Positions 1 through 11,900 of a DNA stretch of 64,000 nucleotides are shown one piece after another. The position numbers and the translations under genes are program-made. The stretch is from Torpedo marmorata (Eukaryota). The DNA lies in contig OZ360220.1 in the NCBI GenBank assembly GCA_977017645.1, positions 259,036,001 through 259,100,000 on the forward strand. Reading direction: 5' to 3'. The number at the start of each line of letters is the position of its first letter. The stretch's first letter is position 1. The notes under the pieces are model-generated. The model was not told the origin of the DNA. It did no database searches and was given only the letters and a program-made list of their open reading frames with translations.

Positions 1-480
1 ATGATTGTCCAGTTACACCATGGCCATTGGCTAAGGAACACAAAATACTGTTCTGAAATGAGCTATGAAAAAATTTGAAAAGATGAAGCGAATTAGGCAA
101 ATGTCCAGACGAAGACAAGAGATCATACTTTAATTGATGAAATGAATTATTGATGTTACAATATTTAAGTCAGCAAGCTGCTGCTCCAATGGCTTTAAGG
201 CATTGTGGAAGATCTTCACCTTAAACATTCTGGAGATGTGAGCTAAGCTGAGCTGCAGTCACCTGAAGATTTAGACAACAGTCTTGAAAAGATGGTTGAT
301 ATGTTAATCTGCAAAGATTGCAGAGGCCAGTTAATGAAGACACCACGGCAGAGTTGGAAATGGCTGCTGACACCTTTTCAAAGATTGCATGTTCACTATT
401 ATGAGAAAGGGATTGATAGCTTAGTACTTGTAGATGGTCAATCAAAAACAATCGAAGTGAAACATCTTAGGGATATTTTA

Positions 481-725
481 ATTTTAATTTAGACATACAG
501 CACGGTAACAGGCCATTTCGGCCCACGAGCCCGTGCCGCCCAATTACACCCAATTGACCTCCAACCCCCGGTGTGTTTTGAATGGTGGGAGGAAACCAGA
601 GCACCCGAGGAAAGCCATGCAGACATGGAGAGAACATACAAACTCCTTACAGATAGCGCCGTATTCGAACCCCGGTCGCTGGCACTGTAACAGCGTTGCG
701 TTAACCGTTACGCTAACCGTGCCGC
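481..725 (-). mobile_element. tRNA-derived V-SINE (HE1-like), near full length
   Basis: Reverse complement has a tRNA-like A/B-box head (GGCACGGTTAGCGTAACGG...GGTTCGAAT), a V-domain core (GGAGTTTGTATGTTCTCTCCATGTCTGCATGG...GGTTTCCTCCCAC) and a CR1-type tail (GGCCGAAATGGCCTGTTACCGTGCTGTATGTCTAAA). Confidence 0.85.
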
Positions 726-1057
726 AGATATTGTTAAAGAATTGACATCTACAGTCTCATTTCATGGCTTACCATAAGAGTTTGACTGCAATAATTGCCA
801 TCTGTTTCATTCATTTCTAGACAAATGCTTTATGAAGTTCAATGGCAATTGTGCAGTAGTACATGTCTGTAAAAGAATCTTGATATTAAGCAAATGGTAT
901 TATTTCACTGCAAGTAGTGGCATCAAGTGGTTTGACAAAGAGAAGTTAGAAGTGACAAAGAAACACTGGAGAAAAATGTATCAGTACTGCAAGAATGCTC
1001 AAGTTTAACGATCAAACATTGGTGAGCTAATTAATGGCCAAATAATAGAAGATCCCA

Positions 1058-1290
1058 CAACGGTTGGTGTAGTGGTTAGGGCAACGCCTTTACAGTGCCA
1101 GCAATCGGGATCGGGGTTCTAATCCCGCGCTGTCTGTAAGGATTGTCTGCGTGGGTTTTCCCCGGGGGCTCCGGTTTCCTCCCACCGTTCGAAATGTACC
1201 GGGGGTATAGGTTAATTGGGTGTAAATTGGGCGGCACAGACTCGTGGGCCGAAATGGCCTGTTACCGTGCTGTATGTCTAAATTAAAAAT
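1058..1290 (+). mobile_element. tRNA-derived V-SINE (HE1-like), inverted relative to the 481-725 copy
   Basis: Same head, partly deleted V-domain, and the same 3' tail GGGCCGAAATGGCCTGTTACCGTGCTGTATGTCTAAATTAAAA. Confidence 0.85.
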
Positions 1291-1747
1291 TTGATTATAC
1301 TCCTGCTGAGATACAAATTTGTAGCATACACAGAACACAATTGAGCTTGCCCCTTGAGGGGGGAGTGGAAGAGACAAAATGGAAACCAAAACAATTATGG
1401 TTCAGTCATGGCAAGAGGCATTTAAAACATAGACTTTGGGCTTAACATACCTGACAAATCTGGGATTTTTATTTTCCTGTTACAATGGAATTACAAACTA
1501 TCGAGCTTGTGAAAGTTGGAGATAAATCAGAAATGTACATGTAAATTGTGTAATTTCTCCAAGAGATGTGCAAGAGAATATTAAAGGTAACAAATTCATT
1601 TGTGGAGCCTGGAAGAAATGAGAAGAGTCTACTATAGTGAGTCAAGAAGTGATACATTCATCAAGTCAATGACACAAGTACCTTTTAAGTAGACCAAAGA
1701 GAGTTAGGAAGCATGCAGAGAGGATAAAGCTGCAATGAGGTATATAT

Positions 1748-1950
1748 AGAACAATTACAGCACAGTGCAGGCCCTTTGGCCCACGATGTTGTGCTGACCT
1801 ATATATACCTACCATAAAAAACTAAACCCTCCCTACCCCATAACCCTCTATTTTTTTCATCCATGTGTCTGTCTAAGAGTCTCTTAAATGCCCCTAATGT
1901 TCCAGCCTCCACCACCACCTCTGGCAATGCATTCCAGGCACCCACAACGA
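1748..1950 (-). mobile_element. CR1/HER1-like LINE 3' end fragment
   Basis: Begins with the reverse-complemented tail (ACAGCACAGTGCAGGCCCTTTGGCCCAC) and includes CTGGCAATGCATTCCAGGCACCCAC, the reverse of the CR1 C-terminal VGAWNALP motif; boundaries approximate. Confidence 0.6.
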
Positions 1951-2317
1951 GTGATGGAATTGGTTGAAAGGATAAAGGTGTGTGTTTGAAGAAGATGCCT
2001 TTTCACAAGTCCACACACTATTGCTGAAGCTTGCGAATTGAATATACTGTATACAAATTGAGTCTGCAAATGTCACTGAGTTCAAAGACCCCACAGTATT
2101 AGTTCCCTTGAACAGGTGGAGAAAAATCAAGATGGAGAGAGAATCTGGAAAACACTGTCAATTAAGATTCTGTGCAACAACAAAAAAACACTTGGAACAA
2201 TTGCTCCCTTTATATCCTTAACAATTTCCTTCCAGCTGATGTTTGCAAGGAACTTGCTTGGAATGAAATCTTTCACTGAGCTCATACACAAATTGATGTT
2301 TATTCTTATAATACAAC

Positions 2318-4029
2318 TTGATTAACAAGGACACGCGATGCATGTGGAAGGGCATTCAAGATATCACCAACCACAAGACTACACCATCTGACTGTGCTGG
2401 TGATGCCTCCCTCCCAGATGCACTGAACAACTTCTACGCACGTTTTGAGGCAAAAAATGATGTAGTGGCAAAGAAGACAACCCCTCCTCCAAATGATCAG
2501 GTGCTGTGTTTCACAGTGGCCGATGTGAGGAGAGTGTTAAGCAAGGTTAACCCACGGAAAGCTGCTGGTCCAGATAACATTCCCGGCAGAGTGCTCAGGG
2601 GATGTGCGGCCCAGCTGGCTGATGTTCTCACCAACATCTTTAACATCTCCCTGAGCAGTGCCATGGTTCCAACGTGCTTCAAAGCCGCTACCATCATCCC
2701 CGTGCCGAAGAGGTCGATGGTGTCCTGCCACAATGACTACCGCCCTGTCGCACTCACATCTACTGTCATGAAGTGCTTCGAGAGGCTCGTCATGGGGCAC
2801 ATCAAGCTTCTGCTGCCCCCCTCACTGGACTCCTTGCAGTTTGCATATAGATCAAACCGCTCCACAGATGATGCCATCATTACCACCCTCCATCTAGCCC
2901 TCACCCACCTGGAAAATAAGGACGCGTATGTTCGAATGTTGTTTATTGACTTCAGCTCGGCATTCAACATGATCATACCTCAGAACCTGATAGGGAGGTT
3001 GAGCGGGCTGGGCCTAAACGACACCCTTTGTAATTGGATTCTAGACTTCCTGACGGGAAGACCTCAGGCAGTCCGGATTGGAAGCAGCACTTCCAAGGTC
3101 ATTACATTGAGCACGGGGGCTCCCCAGGGCTGTGTGCTTAGTCTATTGCTGTTCACTCATGACTGTGCAGCAAAACGCAGCTCGAATCATATCATCAAGT
3201 TCGCTGATGATACGACCGTGGTGGGCCTTATCAGCAAGAACGATGAGTCAGCATACAGAGATGAGGTGCAGTCGCTAATGGAATGGTGCGGAGCCAACAA
3301 GCTGCATCTGAATGTAAATAAAACAAAAGAGTTGGTTGTCGACTTCAGAAGGGCCTGAGGGGATCATTCTCCATTGACCATGGACGGCTCTACCGTTGAG
3401 GTCGTAAAGAGTACCAAGTTTCTTGGAGTGCACTTGGCGGAGAGTCTCAGCTGGTCCCTCAACACCAGTTCCATAGTCAAGAAAGCCCAGCAGCGTCTTT
3501 ACTTCCTGCGAAGGCTGAGGAAAGTTCATCTTCCACCCCCTTTCCTTACTACATTCTACAGGGGATGTATTGAGAGTATTCTGAGCAATTGCATCACCGC
3601 TTGGTTTGGAAACTGTACCATCTCGGACCGAAAGACCCTGCAGAGGATAGTGGGGTCAGTGGAGAAAATTATTGGTGTCTCTCTCCCCACCATGACGGAC
3701 ATCTACAACACATGGTGAATGAGGAAGGCTAAAAACATTGTGAAGGGCTTCTCACACCCCTTTGGTAAACGTTTTTCCCTTTTGCCATCTGGAAGGAGGT
3801 ACCGAAGCACTCGGGCTCGTACGTCCAGACTGTGCAACAGTTTTTTCCCCCAAGCCATCAGGCTCCTCAATTCCTAGATATATATGTGTATTAGCATGTT
3901 ATAGTTTTTTTTTATTGTATAATGATATTTATGTACATCTGCCCATGGTCCTGGAGAAACGCTATCTCGTCTTACTGTGTATATGGTAATGAACTACAAA
4001 TAAAGTTGACTTGACTTGACTTGACTTGA
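2318..4029 (+). mobile_element. 5'-truncated Rex1/Babar-clade non-LTR retrotransposon (RT interrupted by stop codons)
   Basis: ORFs 2318-3358 and 3374-3718 contain [46 protein letters not shown] and KKAQQRLYFLRRL; the 3' tail is AATAAAGTT(GACTT)n. Confidence 0.9.
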
Positions 4030-4396
4030 TCTTGTACGAGAATGAACAGTTCATGTTATAAAGTAGCCAAAGGAGAGATCTGGGTGATGACACATTCCAG
4101 TAGGATTCACAAGTTTGAATCTCTCTGCTACCTTCTCCATGGGAGTGAACTGTGCTGGGTATTGGTTTTAATGGTACTTTCACAGCAAATTGTGATTAAT
4201 TTGTGAAGTTCCATCAATTAGAATATGAACTATGAATTATTAAGACATATGAATGACTTTTAAAAGATGCTGACAACTAACTAGGATGTTTGATGCTTCT
4301 ATTTCTGTATATTTCTCATTTTAACGGTACCATGCACATCCTAAATACCAAAGAAAGAAAGGGATGTAGTGCTTATTAATCTTTGTTATTTTTCAG

Positions 4397-4505
4397 CCCA
4401 GGCCACGTCTGCAGCGAGGTGGCAGCTCAGCTTCACTGCACAATACCCTCATGAGGAACAGCATCTTTCAGCTGATGATCAACACTCTGGACCCACTGGC
4501 TGAAG
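4397..4505 (+). CDS. SLC24A2: SLC24A2 (NCKX2) internal exon, 109 nt
   Basis: tttcag|...|gtaat; translates to PRPRLQRGGSSASLHNTLMRNSIFQLMINTLDPLAE, matching the NCKX2 cytosolic loop. Confidence 0.95.
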
Positions 4506-5948
4506 GTAATCCACTGCACTGGAATGTGAAACTGTACAGACTAAATTATCTTGATTCCAGTCTGGAATTTTGCAAACTGTTTTTCAATAGTGTAGCAAAT
4601 ATTTGCTCACTTCTTTCATGACATGAAATGGTACTCTCGCATTAATGAGCATTTATTATGAAATAAATGGTGCTAGGCCTAGCCCAAAATGGTGTTTGAT
4701 GGAAAATTGCAGGCACTGCCTAACAGTATTGCAAAATGAATGATAGTGACTTGCAACCCATTTTGCAAATCTACCCAACTTTCTTTTGTATTAAAGCTAT
4801 TTTTATATATATTTTTATTTTATATACTGTACATTTTGGGTTCCAGTAAAGAAATACATATTGATTTTCTCCTGAATTAAAGGATTGGCTTTTTTGAGTG
4901 GCTAATATTATTCTTGTTGCTCTGAACAACAAACTAGTGCTAGTAGGGCCATGTTTCTTTGTTTTACATTTGTAAGATCACATTTTTGAAAGGTTTAAAC
5001 AGTTTTTCCTTTAAGAAAAGCTTCTGTCATCCTCATCTTGTACGATGAACCTTTTTTTATGGTATTCAGCGATCTTAGCTTTTCTTTGCAATATTAACTA
5101 TCATAAAGAAATGAGAAAAAGATTCAAATATGATGGGGAAGATAGAAGAATTTACACAATGCCCATGTCTATTCCAATATCTTTGTGAGATTTCTTGAAT
5201 CATGATTTGATAAAAGCACTGGATACGAGAGTATTTCTAAAAATGTTACTTTTATTGGTCGTGTTTTGCTTTTTGGCTCATTATTGAACATTATATTCGC
5301 TGTGGTATATGATGATGATGTTTAATTTTATTTGCACTCAATACTGAGCCATCTTTGGTTAGAATAGCTTTTATGCCACATTGTAGTCAATATATATCAA
5401 TCTAACAAATTGGCTATTAATCCCAGCATGAGGAAAGCATCTGCATTATATTAGGAAACTTGTATTTCTTTCAACAAGGGGCTTTGTTTTATTACACTGC
5501 TCAATTAGAAGTAAATTGTCAGGTAAAATTGTGCCACTAGTACAAGCCCATCTGAAAATAGATTCCAATGAATAAATTCATTAATCTTAAACATTTAGCT
5601 GACATGAGGAGCAAGAAATTTAAGTCAGAATATCAAGTTGAAAAAGACTGCAGGTTTTAGCAGTTACTGGTTTCAATAATTGTGCTAACTCTGCATCCTA
5701 ACAGAATAGTTCATTGGGTTGAAAAAGCTCTGGGTTGAGTATTGCATGTGGTGACTTGGATCAGGACACAAAGTATCCAGTCCATTCTTAGTGGATTTAA
5801 TTAATAACTGTAAAGAGAAAAATAAAATCAAGAATTAATTTCCCTAGTTTATTCAAACCTGAAAAATTAAGATTATATCAATTATTTTTGTTTATTTTTA
5901 AGAAAATCTAATTTGGTTACATTTCTATCTTGGCTGTCTAAGTTGATA

Positions 5949-6141
5949 TAAAAAACACAAATGCTGGAGAAACTCAGCAGGTCAAACAGTGTATTTTATG
6001 TAGCAAAGGTAGAAATACATAACCGACGTTTCGGGCTTGAGCCCTTCATCAAAGTATGAGAAAATGCCGGCAGGCGTCCGAACAAAAGAGTGAGGGGGGA
6101 AGGGGGGGGTGGCAAAGGCAGGAGATTTTCGTGTTTTATTT
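5949..6141 (-). mobile_element. Short Penelope (Neptune-type) pseudo-LTR insertion with 15-bp TSD
   Basis: Nearly identical to the terminus at 25500-25670; flanked by CTGTCTAAGTTGATA at 5934-5948 and 6142-6156. Confidence 0.85.
6018..6058 (-). ncRNA. Minimal type I hammerhead ribozyme motif (Penelope pLTR)
   Basis: Reverse complement reads CATACT-TTGATGA-AGGGCTCAAGCCC-GAAACGTC-GGTTATG: core UGAUGA...GAAA, stem II GGGC/GCCC, palindromic ACGU stem III. Confidence 0.7.
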
Positions 6142-8710
6142 CTGTCTAAGTTGATAGTTAGTCACCCCTAAGATGACTTGATAAAGTTGAAAATGTTTCT
6201 TCAATAAACTAAAACTTGAAGGGTAACTTTGAGCACAACTCACTGTGCAAGAAAATGGCAGTTCTGAGTTTGCTTCCCATTTTACATCCCACTTAATTTT
6301 ATTCTTCACTGGTTTTCATGTAAAATGAAGCCCCACAGGTGCAAAATAGATGACCAGCCTTAAAACATCTCTTGCCTTGCCATAATAGAAACTCCAATAC
6401 ATCAATCAATCAATCATATATCTGCATTGCAAGCGACTCCTACATGAATTATTAAGGAACTTTTATAAATAAATGAAATGTAAGATGATGTTTACGGATA
6501 ACCAAATTTAGCAGACTCTTCGGAATAATGTACGCCAAAATATCCTATTTTTTTGTGAATGGAGCATTCCTTGAATTATGGAATTAAGCTATTATAACAT
6601 ATTTTCCATTTACTGCTTTTATGAAAAAGCATAAAAACTATCTGAAACAAATGGAAACAAGACAGCAAATCTTGTAAATCATGTTCCAATGATACAAGCT
6701 ACCGAACATTTCCAAACTTCTGAGAAGGAGAAAACAGAGCAATACCGTACAACCAAATACAAGATTTATTTCACAGATGAGGTTGTTCAGCATCTACAGA
6801 AGCTTCAGTCTGCTAAATTGAAGGACACGGAAAGAATTCCAGGAATCATTTTAATGCTATTTTTAAAAATTGCTAAGAAGAATTCACTGCAATCAGGAAT
6901 GCCAGGTGTACTACAGAAGAAGAATCAGTCCAAAGGAAGTCCCACACACCAGCTTGAGCCACATCTGAGCTGGTTGCTCCTGAACCTATCAGTGCCACAC
7001 ATGAAATGGAAGCATATAAATTGGAAATTGGTAAGTACAAAGTTATCAGACTTTTATCTGAAATGCCTCACGCACCTTATTTAACATTTAACACACTTTA
7101 TTTTGACAAATGAATCACTAGGCATGTGTAAATCAATGCTAGTTATGTATATTTTAACAATTAACTGCACTTACATCAAATATGCACCATAGCAAGCCAA
7201 CAATAATTTTATAACAAAAAAATAAATATAGTATCGTGATTTGATTGCTTTGTTGTTCTTAGTATATTATGTGAACTGAAATTTTTGACACCATGAAATC
7301 CTTTTCATGCAGGTTGAGCTATCACACATGGGATGTGTCTCTCTGCAGAAAAACCGGAATTGGTACCGGGAAGAACAGTTTCAGAATCATGAGGATATCT
7401 AGGGTCACTGGTGATTAGTTTTAGTGAGTTGTCAACATCAGAACATGGGCACCTTCACTGCTTCTAAAGCTTTCCTTTGCAAAATCCTGATAGCTGTACC
7501 AAATCTTGCTGCACTGTGTGGGGATTCACAACATTGTGGCTGCCAAATAATTTACTGTATCCTATCATTAACTGAGCAATTTTAAAATGCACCTGCTTGA
7601 TTGGCCCAAAGAGAAATACCATGAATTCCAAGCCTGACTGCCTTCCAAAAAGATAGAATTCCTGGATTAAACCAATTTGAAATGAAGAAAAAACAAAAGT
7701 CATCATTCATAATATCTTTTAAAATGAGATTACCTCAATGGCCAGGATTAAGAATGATTGGGAACATGATTTGAATATAACATTCTCAGATGAAGATTGG
7801 TACTCTACTTTTAGCTTGATCAATGATTCCTCATTTTGTGCAAGGCATTGTTTATTACAATTTAAAGTGGTACATAGAATACATATTTCCAAACTTAAAT
7901 TATCTAATTTTTATGTAGATATTGATCCCCTATGTGAGAAGTGTAGAATTTTTGAAGCTTCACTGATTCATATGTTTTGGGAGTGCCCTAATTTAGAAAG
8001 ATTTTGGAAAGATATTTTCCAAACCTCATCAACGATTTTTAAGATTGGAATAGAACCATGCCCATAATTGCTCTGTTTGGTTTTTCTCGTGAATTGGACA
8101 TACCTCTGTCTGCAACTCAAGAAAAAGTTTTAGCTTTTACCACGTTGATAGCCAGACGAGCAATTTTATTGAAATGGAAAGATGACTCTCCACCTACTCA
8201 TACACAGTGGTTACATGATGTAATGTCTTATTTAAGCTTGGAGAAAATTAGATACAACATTAAAGATAGAAAGTTTCAATTTGAAAGGATGTGGGGCCCA
8301 TTCATAGAATACTATCATGTTTGGAAGAATTAAGAATTCTGATTGTTCCGGAGATTCTCTGTTCAGTGTCTGGAGGTTGCTATTTGATCCATACTCTCCT
8401 TTTTTTTAACGTTTTCAAGATTCAAGATTCAATTTATTGTCATAGCAATAAGACAGTGTCATATACCACGAAATTTCTTTTTGCCTGATGCAAGGCAGAC
8501 AGATTCGCCATCGGCAGAAATTGCCTAAGTGCCTCTAACATTCCTTACAGTCAGAGAAAGAGAAGCAAAAGAGAGTCCCCCCAGAGTCACCGAGTGTCCA
8601 TATATTCGCCTCCAGCGCTTCCGCAGCCACACAGAGTCCAGTCCAAACGATCGGCATCCCGAGCTCCAGATCTGAACCTCCAACACGGTCAGGTCGCCCT
8701 CGGCACCCCC

Positions 8711-8966
8711 TGTGGTAAACCACTGTTTGTACATATCATGTAGTCTGCTGTCTGTATCATGTAGTCTGCTGTCTGTCCCGGTGCCTCCTCTCCCCTCCCT
8801 TGGGTGTCCAGGTAATCCCTCCCCCTTTCTCACCCGAATAAAGGCCTTTGTGCCACCGCTCCGCCCATAGATCTGCAGGTCGACTGTAGGTCTGTTTAAT
8901 GTCAATAAAAGCCTATGGTTCGTCTCCCACTCATAGTCTCTTGAGTGCTAATTGATAGGTATATCA
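8711..8966 (+). repeat. 5' LTR of Gypsy A (256 bp)
   Basis: TGTGGTAAAC...GTATATCA; matches the 3' LTR except for a 21-bp duplication and a 10-bp deletion. Confidence 0.95.
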
Positions 8967-8989
8967 ATTTTATTGACATTTTAAAAGCA

Positions 8990-11900
8990 ATGGAAAGCGC
9001 CCTCCGACCGGACCGACTGGACATCGACCCTTTAGCTCCTGATGCTGGTAACGCGTTCGAACACTGGCTACGCTGCCTCCGGTCATTCTCAGCAGCGATC
9101 AAGGCAGAAAGCGAGGAGCAGAAACTGGAGGTCCTCGTATCCAGGGTAAGCCCTCGGCTGTATTCTACTATTTGGAAATGTGAAACGTACACCGAGGCGA
9201 TGGAGGCACTGAAAAAGATCTACGTAACCCCTGTTAATGAGGTCTATGCGAGGTACAGACTATCGTTGCGAAAACAGCGGGCCGGGGAGTCGATAGTGGA
9301 CTTCGTCAGGGACATCCAGTCCCTAGTGCGAGCGTGCGCCTGTAAAGCGCTGACCGAGGAAGAACACGTTGATCTGCTGGAGAGGGACACCTTTATCATG
9401 GGGATGAGGTCGGTATATGTATGCCAGCGGCTGCTGGAGCACTCCGACCTCGATCTCCGTACCGTGGTCGCGATGGCTCGCACGCTGGAGTCCGCACTGC
9501 AGAACTCCGATGCTATGCAGACGCGCGACCCCCAGCCTGCCGCGTGGACCGCCCCGTCCCCCAGCCCCAGCGATCTAACTGTGGCCGCTGTGGCCCGTGA
9601 CCCCACTGTTGCCGCCGTTGCCCGCGACCCGATCGCTACCGACACTACGCTCACCGCCGCAGCTGTTAATTGCGAACCCGAGAAGTGCTACTTCTGCGGG
9701 CTCGACAAGCATCCGAGGAAACGCTGCCCGGCCCGCGATGCGACTTGTTCCAACTGCGGCAAGAAAGGCCACTACGCGAAGGCCTGCCGCTCCAAGCCGC
9801 GCGCGGGCCCGAGTAGTGCCGCGTGCGAGAGATGGGAGCGGCCATCTTACAGACTGGCACTTCCGGCGCCGACCGCGTGTGAGGAATGGAAGCGGCCATC
9901 TTTTATGCTGGCACTTCCGGCGCCGCCATCTCATAACAGTACTTCAGTACTTCCTGCACTTCCGGCGCCGCCATTTTGTAACGAGAGCACCAGCGACATG
10001 TGCAACCCACGGGAGCGGCCATTTTTAACGATCACAGATCAAGACGACTACACCCTGACTTTGGCATCCATCGCCCTCGACCAGAACGTTCCCCACCAGC
10101 TGGCATGATCCATGATGGACATACTGGTCGAGGGACACAAGATCACGTGCTTGTTCGATACTGGCAGCACTGAGAGCTTTATCCACCCGGATACTGTTCA
10201 ACGCTGTGGCCTAACGATCGTACCGGTAAGCCAGAGGGTGGCCATGGCGTCCGGGTCCCACACAACAGACATCCGGGGGGCGTGTGTGGCGAACATTGTG
10301 GTACAAGGGACAGAGTACCGGCAATTTTCCTTGTTTGTGATGAACCGTTTGTGTGCGCCGGTGTTACTGGGTTTGGATTTTCAGAGTCATTTGCGGAGTG
10401 TAACAATGTGGTATGACGGTCCTCACCCTGCGATCACTGTGGCCAACCACCAGTTTCTGGATAACACGCCCGAAACCACCTGTGTCTCTCCACCCTTAAG
10501 ATCTCGCCTCCGTCGTTGTTTGCGAACCTGACCCTGGACTGTAGGCCTGTGGCAACCAAAAGCAGGCGTTACAGTGCCGGGGACAGAGCATTTATCAAGA
10601 CGGAGGTACAGAGATTACTACATGAAGGGATTATAGAAAAGAGTAATAGTCCCTGGAGAGCCCAGGTGGTTGTGGTAAAAGGGGCCAAGTGCAGAATGGT
10701 GGTGGACTACAGTCAAACCATCAACAGATTTACGCTGCTGGACGCATATCCGCTACCACGGATAGCGGAGATAGTGAACCAAATTGCCCAATACCGGCTG
10801 TTCTCCACCATTGATTTGAAATCGGCATATCATCAGCTCCCTATCCATCGGGAGGACCGTTCATACACCGCATTTGGTGCAGATGGCAGGCTGTTCCAAT
10901 TCCTGCGCCTTCCGTTTGGTGTCACTAATGGTGTTTCTGTTTTTCAGCGGGAGATGGACAGGATTGTGGACCATTATAAACTTAAAGCCACTTTCCCATA
11001 TCTTGACGACATTACCATCTGTGGTTATGATCGTCAAGACCATGATAACAACCTCCGGAAGTTCCTACAGGCGGCCAAAGCCCTAAACCTCACGTACAAC
11101 AAAGAAAAGTGCGTATTTGGTACCACTCGCCTTGCTATTCTGGGGTATGTGGTTGAGAACGGGGTAATTGGACCAGACCCCGAACGCATGCGGCCCCTGC
11201 TGGAACTTCCGCTCCCCACCAACCCCAGAGCCCTTAAACGATGCCTCGGATTCTTTTCCTATTATGCGCAATGGGTCCCAAATTATGCGGACAAGGCCCG
11301 ACCCCTTGTGAAATCCACTGCATTTCCCCTTGCTTCGGAGGCACGTAAGGCATTCGACCTTATAAAAGGGGACATTGCGCGAGCAACAATGCACGCGGTG
11401 GATGAAGAGACACCTTTCCAGGTGGAGAGTGACGCATCGGACTTCGCGCTGGCTGCTACCCTCAACCAGGCGGGAAGGCCGGTGGCATTTTTCTCTCGAA
11501 CCCTCCAGGGCCCCGAAATTCAGCACTCAGCGGTGGAGAAGGAAGCCCAGGCCATAGTGGAAGCCATCAGGCACTGGAGGCACTATCTCGCCGGTAAGCA
11601 TTTTACCCTGCTGACAGATCAACGCTCTGTGGCATTCATGTTCAACAATCAGCAGCGGGGTAAGATCAAAAATGACAAGATCATGAGGTGGAGAATAGAG
11701 CTCTCCACCTACAACTACGACATCATGTACCGGCCCGGGAAGCTCAATGAGCCCTCCGATGCTCTATCCCGGGGATCGTGCGCCAGTGTGCAGATCGACC
11801 GATTACACGCCCTACATGACGACCTATGCCACCCAGGAATTTCCAGGCTCTTTCACTTTGTGAAGTCACAGAACCTGCCATACTCCCTGGAAGAGGTCAG

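Noticed and set aside
640-725. tRNA genes at SINE heads (also 1058-1135 and 36548-36625)
   Set aside because: They continue into the V-domain and LINE-derived tail and do not form a complete cloverleaf
6689-7084. 131-aa ORF as a novel gene
   Set aside because: No recognisable motif or splice structure; consistent with a chance ORF or a decayed transposon remnant in AT-rich intron
10100-10120. Programmed stop-codon readthrough between gag and protease in Gypsy A
   Set aside because: Gypsy B has Arg (CGA) at the same position (HQLARSMM), so a CpG transition is the simpler explanation
10470-10520. Programmed ribosomal frameshift between protease and RT
   Set aside because: No slippery heptamer is present, and element B reads through in one frame (TCGLSTL), so this is a 1-bp deletion
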